A program made the translations under genes and the position numbers. Under the pieces are notes generated by a model, which searched no databases, had not been told where the DNA came from, and was given only the letters and a program-made list of their open reading frames with translations. A stretch of 63,677 bases of DNA, the filler included, from Parasitella parasitica NRRL 2501 (lineage: Eukaryota > Fungi > Mucoromycota), in assembly GCA_025201805.1 (NCBI GenBank). It is 9 parts of 9 records of this genome, joined end to end, with 100 filler letters (N's around TTAATTAATTAA, not from the genome) between each part and the next. Parts side by side here need not be neighbours in the genome. Positions count along the whole stretch, not along the records: positions 29,560 to 47,606 come from MU619333.1; positions 47,707 to 53,256 come from MU619306.1; 7 more parts are not named here. The stretch is one strand, 5' to 3'. Below are positions 38,260 to 48,449 of the stretch, piece after piece; positions within the stretch are counted from its first letter, which is position 1, and the number at the start of each line of letters is the position of its first letter.

Positions 38260-39900
38260 GGTCTTGAAATAAAAAATTTGGTATTATGCTGGGAAATTCC
38301 TCCTCTTATTGAAGCTCTATTTATCAGATGTCGACTCTTTCCCGGGTAATAAGGAACAAAGTTCTGTATCAGAGACACGATGCTTTTTACATTACGCATG
38401 CAAACAATGGATTTCATCAGCTTCAAAAAGCGTTAATAATCGCGGTTCTCCTTTAATTACATCTTGGTTTACTGTAACTGAATCAAACCTATATGAATAT
38501 CAAGAATACCGTAGCGATTATGATGAAAATTATGCCAAGGATGCAAGAAGAGAAGTGTTGGATGTGAACAGGTAATATGATCTCCAAATGCAATTATTAC
38601 GGATCTTGACCAAAGACATTTAAGGTTAATATGACACAATATGACCAAGCCATGAGTGCTGCTACTGTAAATACTAATTATTATTTGATGCAAGAAATAG
38701 AGATGGTGCACTGGGAAGCCTTTAAGCTTGGAATTCATCAAGATGCATACAAAGGCTTTTATCAATCTCTGGAACCACTGAAGGATAACAGAGCCTGAAA
38801 AGGCAAATCCTAGCCATCCTCATGGTTTACAGTGTTGAAATTTTTGAAAACTTCCACCAAATCAAAGAAAAACTTTTTGCTGACACTAGCACTGCTCTAT
38901 GCTGGAGTTTACTGATTAGGACACCACTCAACATTGTCCTATGCTGATAATTCAATTAACTGTAGGCAAAATAAACCTGAGTAATAAGACGCAATATAGT
39001 GGGCTATTAGGTATAAGGACGTCCGCCTTTGCGCTTAGAGATATGTCCCATTGCAATTCTTTTGCAGGCTCAAGGTTGATCAAGATCCTTCCCCAGACCT
39101 TTCGGCCAACGCCAATTGGTATGATATCCAGGCCAAGAAGAATGTGAAAACTGAAATTACGTCTGCAGCGCAAAATGAATCAATACGCGTGCATTTAAGC
39201 ATGTAGGGATTAATAGTTCACACACAAAACAAGCAGGGCGATGTTCTGGTGCTCTGATTGCTTAACTGAGCGGTACCTCTCGTGATCAGATTCGTCGCAT
39301 GGGCAGATGGGATAGCGGAAGCCTTAAGAGTCGCTACCACACTCGTTTCATCGGGGATGCAATCAGAATTTGCACTGTTTTCCTGGTCAAAAAAAGAGAT
39401 TTGGCTGCCTCGTGATGGCTTGGAGTCACCGTTAGAATTACAGCAGAAGATTTTCCCTGATGTAGAAATGTGGGTGCATCGACTGAGTGCTGAAAACGAT
39501 GTAACTTACAAGAATAGCAAGTCTGCCGGTAGATTCCTTGAATTAAAGAAGGCCATTCTGCAAGATGCGGTACTCCTCCGGCAACTTGTCATGTTGCATC
39601 ACAATTCCATAAAAATATCAAATAATACTTCCACCTCATAACATATAGTATCCCTAATAGCGCAAACTGGACCCTGAAAATCGCATTTTCGAGGAAAGTG
39701 CTGCTTTTAAACATTTTGAGGCTCATATTAAACCACTCCTACTCCGTCCACAATGGTTTTTACGAGAGACTCTCCCGCTCATTGAACAGAGGTTTAGCGA
39801 AGTGCTTTCAGAGGTCAAGGCTAACAACCAAAGCTACAATATCATCTGTTCAGCAGATTGCTCAACAATTTTTGTCTACAGCAAACATCTCCACAAATAA
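38260..39900 (+). pseudogene. Degenerate Ndc10-II/Crypton-type tyrosine-recombinase-like relic
   Basis: Broken ORF pieces: KINLSNKTQYSG (GKTN..Y-like), IRFVAWAD (RxGxW-like) and WLPRDGLESPLELQQKIFPDVEMW (the PR..PP.EL...IFP signature of Ndc10 domain II), with many stops and frameshifts. Confidence 0.6.
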
Positions 39901-40217
39901 CTAGTCGTGGCAAAGCTTTTCCAAATTGAACAACCAAGACGCATCCAATAGCCCTGACACTGGTGCTGACCCTTCTTCTGCCCCTCTTCTTGCTTCTTTT
40001 CTTCTTCCTGCTCCTTCTGCTGCATACTATTCTTGTTTGTTTCCTTCTCTCTCTTTTCTCATCTATCCATGTTGTCCAATATATACATATTTCACTCTAC
40101 ACCAAACATATAAATCAAAGAATAAAACAAATCATTTTAACAAGAGTAGTATTAGTTTATTAGACTCTAAAATGACAGAGAATTGATGGTAATAAAATCA
40201 TGTTTATTATTTCCATA

Positions 40218-42477
40218 TTATTGTTTATCTTTTTGAACTTTTGAAATGACAAATACACCAACTATGACTAGGCCCAGGAAACTGATCGCAGCAGGTAATA
40301 ACAAACTATTCTTTGCTGGCGCTGGCAAAGATTTTTTGCTGTCCTTTGGTCTTGTTGCCTTGGTTTGCTGTAAGTTCGAAGTTTCTTCGTCAGCATCAAT
40401 CATTTCTAATTTTGTAGCTGCCGTAGTTACAGATGTAGCTGACGATTTCGCCAGCTGTTGATCATGCACAAAAAGTTTGACATTGGTCTGCTCGAGTGAT
40501 AGTGCCAACTGTACAGCATCTACGACATCCGAGTCACTAGAAATTAACACTGTGTCTTGCTCATCATCTACATAAGACAAGCTGAGCCATTCTTCACCAC
40601 CTAAATCATCGCCATGCTCCGGCAGCAATTTAAGACGAACAGCTTCCAGCAGTTCACTGTACAAAGGTTTGCATACGACACGGTATGTTTTCTGTCCTGC
40701 AGAAGTGAATTTGAAGGAAAACGTATCAATTGTTGCTTCCATGACGGATAAAGACTGATTTACCATGCTGGCAGATTCATTTGGTGAAATATCTGAAAAG
40801 CTCTTTAGCTGCGAAAGAGATGTTGAGGGTTGAGGTGAAACTGTGTGTGAGGCATGAGATTTAGATTGACGATGCGATGATGTGTCTGATAATTGAGATG
40901 AGCTTTCAGCATGATCAACAGCGCCAAAACTATCCCAGAATCGGCCCCACATTGGACCTTCTCCTTCCTTGCCTTCCATGCTACTCATCTAACATTCTAT
41001 GCGATTAACACACACAATTCTGCAAGATAAAATATTTAGTTTACCTGTTCCAATGTGACATAGGTCAACTTTAATACATCTACCATGCCGATTACAATGC
41101 CACCATCAAGTACAGGAAGATTTAGATAATGACCCTCTATAGAATCTGATTAAATTTCTTTCCAATTCTTTTAAAAAAAAAGACCGCACTCTACCGTTCA
41201 TTAATTTGAGAGCATCAAGAACCGTAGTGTCTGGAGTTGCTGTGTCGGGTTTAGGTGTCATCACTCTAACAACAGTGCAGTTTTCAGGATTTAATCCAGC
41301 TGCAATGACACGCAATACAATATCCTTCCTACAAGGTGCATTAGTCGTATTTTTGGGCATGTTTTATACCAATGGCACTTACGACGTAAATATGCCGGCT
41401 AAATTGTGGTGCTTTTGAACCAATACAGCGGTTGTGTGCAACTCTTTCATCATGGTGGCAATATCTCTGACATTAGTCCTATATTTGACTTCTGCTGGAG
41501 GTGTGCCGTCCAGGACAGATGCAAGGTTTGGGCAAGACATTTTCACCCTTAGTGTTTCCATATATTCAGTTAATTGCGTTGGCGTGCCGGCCCATTCTTT
41601 CTCAACCCCTTCAATAGCATCGTACAATACACGGGATGTACCAAATGCTCTTTCCATCTTTTCCAAGGCACCATACAAGCATTTTGTAATATCTAACAAA
41701 CCAAATATATCACCTTCTTCATTGCAGACAGGCTATATAAAACATAACAATCAGTCAGTATCGCATATCTTCTTTTTTCCAAATAGGTGATAAAACTCAC
41801 CAAATGACGGAACCCTTTAAACACCATTAGATTCAATGCTTCTGTAGCTGATGTATCTGATGTGACACACATGGGACTTTTTGTCATGATATCAAATACG
41901 GGTGTTGTTCTACAAAATGTGCCATAATATATGTCGTATGAGAATGATTCATGTATTTAACAGAGGTTATACATTTTTCTTTACTTTGCATCTAAATTTT
42001 CCGCGACTAGTCTGTATGCAATATCCTTTGCCTATAAATTGTTGTCAGCCATTGGATTTACATTAGCGCACATTTTAGATAAAGACTAACCGTGAAAATG
42101 CCAGATAAATGGCCATCTTCATTGATTACCAAGACGCAATCGCATCGCTTAGCAGCCATGAGCTGAGCAGACTCGAGTACCAGCATATTTTCCTTGACTG
42201 TTAACGCTTGCCCTGGTCTCAAGGCAGACACTGTGCCTGGTATGCGTTTGTTTTTAAGCGTCTTGGACGAATTTCCTTTCTTTTTCGAAAAATCCTGTTC
42301 TAATCTTTTTCGAATAGCCTGTTATTTACTATATGTTGTCAATAAACGTAATGCTTAATTCTGAGCTGTGTAAACACTTGCCTCATCTCGTTTCAACTGT
42401 CGCTGTCTTCCAGTGGAGTCAGCATTTTCAAAGCTTTCGACTGCACGCACTTTTGTTTGCTTTTTAGAAGAAGACAT
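40218..42477 (-). CDS. Tandem CBS-domain + PB1 + C-terminal TM protein (CBSCBSPB/Mug70-like); multi-exon
   Basis: GTVSALRP, MAAKRCDCVLV, GIFT/AKDIAYRLVA, GFRH/LPVCNE, KDIVLRVIAAGL, GPMWGRFW, PB1 acidic motif LSYVDDEQDTVLISSDSD and a C-terminal TM helix. Confidence 0.92.
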
Positions 42478-42946
42478 ATTAGTGAAATAATACAGAGTAA
42501 AAAGAAGAATGCACGTTCTTTTTATGTTATGAGATTGTTTATTTTTGTGCCAATGCGCGGATTAAATATCATAAAAAGGCATTATCGTCTTGATTACGAT
42601 ATGATGGTGATGATGAAGACAATGATGAAGGCAATCACTTGATTCTTATGTGGCTTTTTCAGTAATGATAAGCAGCATGACCATGCATTGATATTAATTA
42701 GTTTTTTTTGCCTAAACCATCTCCTATTCATTAAACAAAACCATTACCAAGATGTGAAGACGTCTTGTTATGTGAACCCGGGGTAGATTGTAGTATTTAT
42801 TCCTTAAAGTCTTAGCCATGTTCAGTTTCATATTGATTTTGGTTACTTTTTTGTAAACAATTTATAAATCGAAAAATCACCTACCCAAATATTAGCGCTC
42901 AATTGAGACTGAGTTATCTCCACTTTTTATATTTGTTTACTTGCCT

Positions 42947-45900
42947 TCAGAGTATATTGCCTCCATCAAAAAGTGAGTTCAGTATCTGTTTTCTGTACAG
43001 AAAAGATGGGTTTAAATTGTTGAATTGTGTGCGCTTGGCAGTGGCGAGGTTTGGGTCGAAATAGGGGAAATTTACTCCAAACAAGAGACAACCAAGACCA
43101 GCAAGACCAATTGCAAATGCTGAGACTTGGTCGCGGCACATTGTCTTGAAAGCGTTGGAGGCATTCGGGATTTAAGCAAAGGAATGAACCGGTTGTTCCC
43201 TATATTTTGCCATTGAGAGGAGCCACAGGATGAGAGAGCTTGTGTAAGCAGAAAATACACGTTTGCGACGTATTATGTTCATTTGTTATCAGTGTTGGTG
43301 TATAACCGCCATGCTGCTGCTGTTTCCAGGACCCACCAAATCGTCTGTGTCCCTTGATGCGAGAGCCGAATCCGTGTCCACGATCACCGACAAACACAAT
43401 CGGCTCTTTACACCAGGACTCCTTTTCTCGTAAGCTGCTAGTCTGTCAGAGCCTTTTCTGTAAGAATGTTCCAGCCGTCTTCTTCTTTTTGTCATGGATT
43501 GGTTGTAATATAATGAGTGCAACGATGCGTGCGCATTAGTGTGATGCGAATGGGCCTGCTCCAAACCATCAGCTGTTGAGCATTGATAAAGATTATTTTT
43601 TCCAAGACCCTTTCCCATCTCCAAAACTCTGTACCCATTTCCTGTAGTCTTCTTTTTTCGAGCCAACAAATTTGTAAAAGTAGCCAAGATGTTATCTTGA
43701 TTGGTTTGCTTGGAGTCTATAGTAAGAGCACGAGATAGAGTCAAGTGTTCAAAAGCATCAGCTTAATCTGTATTTGAACCATCGGTATTGTCTGCATTTT
43801 TGGTATCTTTTATAGTAGCCACACACGTATAATATCAGTTTCTTTTACTATATACATATGTGTTCAAACGCATAGAATTAAATACCCAAAATCTGAAGCC
43901 TATTATACAGCTTCAAGTGAGATGCGAAACGATCGATATTAAAAAACATTGTCTCAGTAGCCTTTATAATGCCATTATCCGTGCCACTGAGTAAGGCTGT
44001 TGGCAAATATGTTCTTCATTCAGTTTGCATTCCTCTACCTTTCTACAGCATCCCTTGCTACCCACAGTAAAGGGCTTAAATGGTATTAAATTTCTCAAAT
44101 TATCCACTAATGGTTTTCCTTATTTATGAATCTCTCGCCTCAGTGACTGAAGCCTCTCTTTTGTATCTCGAATAGCCACCACTAATCCTCTCTTTCTTAA
44201 CTTTATTATTTCCACATTCTAATAGCACCCGTCTTTTTCTTCAACTTTAGCCTTCCAAATCTTCATAAGATCAGAAGTTTTTCCTTTTCTTGGACTTCTT
44301 CGACTTTCTCATAACATTGTTTTTGTTCTTCAAATTTGGTTCTCCAAGCTTCCTTGAGACCACGAACACTGCCATTGTCTTGAAGAAAATGAAGCAATTC
44401 GTTTGTGTGATCCCTGAGTGACTTATCGTGCTTCTTCTTTTGATCCTTCATAGCTCGTAACTGGTCATCATCGGTATGATGGCTCAGTTTATTTTTGTTT
44501 CAGGGTTTCTGCGGCTAGACTTGAATTGTCCAATGCTGCCATACAGTCTGATAGTCTTCGATCCTGGTAAGATGTGTATTTTATTTACGAACTCCATCCC
44601 ATAGCTTGATGTCACGTTTTCAGTTTGCCAATGTTAAAGAAACTGCTGAAGAAGAAATCTTTATGCTTTACGTAATTGCCTTGAAAGTCTCGAAGATGCA
44701 TCCGTTTTGAAAGTTTGCTCGAGCAGAAAAGTGCATACAGGGTCGTTGTATCAATAAGCAGTGCATGCAAAGTAGTGGGTCTGACTATTGGAATGAATTT
44801 AGCAGCCCGGCCTTCATAGCCGATAGAGCGCAGTACTTGGTTTGCCATAAAGATGAACTTGAGCTGGCATGAAAGGAGATGATAAGTCTCGCTTGATGGT
44901 ATGTATGGCCGAATAAAGCTAGTGATTTTGATGATTGTTGCAGATTTTTGTGTAGTGATTTGTTCATCCTGATCTTGGAGGTGAGCGTTTGTGATATCTT
45001 GTGTGGCAAACAATGCTGATCTTTCAATGTTGACAAACTGACTGATTCTTTTTCTAGATGCATTTGTATTTTTCTCTATCATCAGTGTCGCTTTCTTTGC
45101 TTCTGCTGCTACTGCTGTTGTTGTTGTTCGATGTCTGTGCCTCTCCACGTGCTACATATATTGCGAGTTATGACACTATGTCTTCCATTGAAAACCAGAG
45201 GACTCCTATCCCTCTAAAATACTTTCTCATGTGTATTGATTCTCATTTGGCACATGTCTACTGCCTCCTGCTTTTCTTTCTCTTCGTACTTGGCTTTTCG
45301 CTTCTTTACATCAGAAAACAGCTTTCGTCTTTAATTTCTGGCCTTGTTCAGTACAGAAATTCTGTCATTAGGATACCGCAAATTGCCACTTCCTATTTGC
45401 CTTTGTGGTTTTTTTAAAGCTTGGAATGATCTTGATTGCGAGATAAATGGATCGACAGCAAGAAGTTCAAGAGCTTTTTAAGTTACTTGTTGACAATAGT
45501 ATTTTGGGACCACCAAACACGAAGATTCGTGTAATACTGTTGGCGAGCCATCTTCATTACGCTAGAGGACAAATCTTAATGTGGGTTGGCTTCATCACGG
45601 CACAAAACGCTTACAATTGCTTTGTGGAGAGGTGACTTTTAAGGGTAGACTCTTCAATCTCCCCCCCCTTAACCATAATATATCGAGTGTACTGTATCTG
45701 TTCCAAATGGGACTCTAGAGACAGCAATTGATAGTGAGCATTGAACTCCTCATTCTCGAGACAGCTGGCATCTAATGGCTTTGGTACAGGGATGTCTTCT
45801 TCTAAATTCCCTTCTGGCAGTATCGACGCAATGCTATTTCCACCATCATGAATAGGTTTAGATGTGTTCTTAGCAAACAATAGAGCGACTTTGAGAACCT

Positions 45901-46500
45901 GCTTGCTGAATTCAGAGGTATAATTACATACTTGCTCCATGGTAGCACCGATTGTATTGATGAATAAAACCCTGACGTCGTCCGGCAAGTCGTCCCTGAA
46001 CACTCGATTCAAAGAAGTCGAGCATGTGCAAAATTGCTCACCGTCACCTTGAGTCGCTCCTTCACTGTCTTCATCTTCGCTATCTTCACTGTCTTTATCA
46101 TCTTTGCTACCATCATCCTTCGCTTGTAAATCTAAAAGAGACAGGAAGTTCTTCTCCACAAATTCTGTTCAGTATATATAATTCTTCTTTGGACTTCCAG
46201 CCTTTTATTCTGTTTATATACGGTGCTTAACATCGTTGTGATTTTTTTTGGACCCTTGATTTTTGCTTCTGTTTCTTGCACTAAACCTTTGGGTACTCTA
46301 GAACATTTCAACAAAGAGATGTACAGCTCACCATAGTCTCCATTTTCTTTCTACAATGTACATTTAAGCGTAGAAGACATATTCGAAATTGCGATTGTGG
46401 GCATTCCAGTAAACTGTTTTCAATTCGGATATCTAGCCTTTGCTTCAAGCCCACTGGGTGGCTTCAGAAACGAAGCTGGAGGGTTGATGATGGTTGAGCC
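42947..46500 (-). pseudogene. Degenerate Fanzor1 (eukaryotic TnpB/Cas12-like RuvC RNA-guided endonuclease)
   Basis: RuvC-I SGTDNG (43971-43988), FVGDRGHGFGSRIKGHRRFGG, RuvC-II TNEHNTSQTC, zinc finger CIFC...CLNPEC and RuvC-III MCRDQVSAFAIG, in the correct order. Several stops and frameshifts; the N-terminal limit is uncertain. Confidence 0.82.
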
Positions 46501-47426
46501 TGCAACATAACATTCTAATTGTCTTTTTTGAACTTCATGTTTGGTAGCAGGCGTACAATAAATCTAAGAAAAAAAAAGAGACCTTAAATATTGCCTTCTT
46601 TGCTAGCTTTGGATGGGATGTGGTGTTTGGGACCAGTTTTTACCTGTGTTTTCCAAAATTTTCAATTTATCAATGTACCGTATTCTTACCCGCCAAAGCA
46701 AGCTGTAGCTGCGATTTCAAAAATTGCTGGCTTGTTGTCAATGTTTGGATTATGTCTTGTTGTTGTTTTAGTTGTTGATTTTTCTGTTAGAGCTGAAAGG
46801 ATGTTGCATTGAACAAGGAATAGTGGTGAGAGTTATGCCCAGCTTCTTGGTTATGATTGTTGTTGATTATGCATCATGAAAGTAAATTGGCTGAATAGTC
46901 CACAAGACTGGCTAATCGGACATTTGTTCTTCATCATCAATAGCAATAAGGCGCCTTTTGCAACAATTAAAAGCGGATGACAGAGATGACATATTATTAA
47001 CAAGATTAATTGCACAAAATTGTCGTTGATATGTTATATTTTTTAATAGAATAATTCGAAAATGTGAAGGTTTATACAGTGAGAACGGTAAATTTTGTCA
47101 CTTTGAGAAAATTAAATGTCCGTAACCAAATAATAAATGTCACTTTCTAAAAAATTAATGGCACAAACCCAAAAATTGATTGTCCCTAATGTCTAAATCG
47201 AATTGATCTGAAAATGATTTGTATTTTTTGACTTCAAAATGATTAGAATGGAGTTTTATTACAACATTGAATGGTTTGTCGTTTAAAATGACTGGCAAAG
47301 TTGTATAGAATTTCAACAGGTATGGCATTACATACCTCAGCAATTCTATCAGATAATTTATCTTCCGTTAACAGTTTGTGGCATTTCAGTTTCCCTTTTA
47401 AGATTGCCCAAAACTGTTAAATCGCA

Positions 47427-47606
47427 ACCGGTCCATTTCACTGCTTAAAAAAAAAAAAAAAATTTAAACTGGTCCATTTCACTGCTTAGAGAAAATAAAA
47501 AAAATTAAACTGGTCCATTTCTCTGCTTAGAGATTAAACCGGTCCATTTCACTGCTTAGAAAAAATAAAAAAAATTCAACCGGTCCATTTCACTGCTTAG
47601 AAAAAA
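47427..47606 (+). repeat. Five copies of acyggtccatttcactgctta separated mostly by A-rich spacers (transposon internal/subterminal repeats)
   Basis: Copies at about 47428, 47468, 47509, 47538 and 47579. A possible element start TA|CAGTGAG lies at 47077, and the array ends at the gap. Confidence 0.8.
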
Positions 47607-47706
47607 NNNNNNNNNNNNNNNNNNNNNNNNNNNNNNNNNNNNNNNNNNNNTTAATTAATTAANNNNNNNNNNNNNNNNNNNNNNNNNNNNNNNNNNNNNN
47701 NNNNNN

Positions 47707-47807
47707 GTCCTGGTTTCTAAAAGTCTTATACAATTCCATTTGAATGTCAGTGTCAATATTGGAATTGAGATGAGATTCAACCTTCAATTAATAGGCGAAA
47801 ACCGACA
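47707..47807 (-). mobile_element. Partial copy of solo LTR F abutting LTR D sequence
   Basis: Reverse complement of about 48959-49059, ending ...accgaCA. Confidence 0.8.
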
Positions 47808-48449
47808 TATGCTACGAGCTTATGCTATATAAGATCTATGCTTCAGATGTGTATTCCCAGTTTCTAGATACGCACTACAAGACATATACTTATATCCATG
47901 ATACTAGCTACAGATACATCATGTACTACAGACTTGTACAATATGTGCAATGCTATAGATATGCTTATGACAAGCTATAGACATGCTACATATACCGATA
48001 TATGCTAAGATAATACCAAGAAGTGATATACACTCAGACATGTAATGTACTATTAATATAGACTGGATAAGACTATACAAGGAATGATATATGCTTATGG
48101 ATCGATATTAATAATCTTCGCATAGAAGATTGATCAGGGTACTACCTCGGGTAAAGTCTATCTCCTCACTCAAATAGATTTAAGTTATCATGAGTCTGCT
48201 GATATGTAGGTTAGCACAAGGTTAAGATGCTAGCTACGCAGTATTGTCGTACATGTTAAATTGCGAGAATAGAACATTTATCCACAGTTTAAGTATATAA
48301 AGGTTCATCTACCTGGCCAGTAGATGAACTGGAGCTTTATACACCTGTCGATTTGATAATAAAACCTATACCTTATCAAGTTGACTTTATTGTTTTTTTA
48401 TTATGATTTTTTTCCGTGAATCCATATAACAATTTATACCGATTCCACA
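47808..48449 (+). mobile_element. Solo LTR D, second copy (3' part, lacking the B insertion), abutting Gypsy pol
   Basis: Highly similar to 30293-30338 plus 30815-31410, ending gattccaCA. Confidence 0.85.

Noticed and set aside
47427-47606. CRISPR-like or guide array next to Fanzor
   Set aside because: The spacers are low-complexity A-tracts rather than unique sequences.
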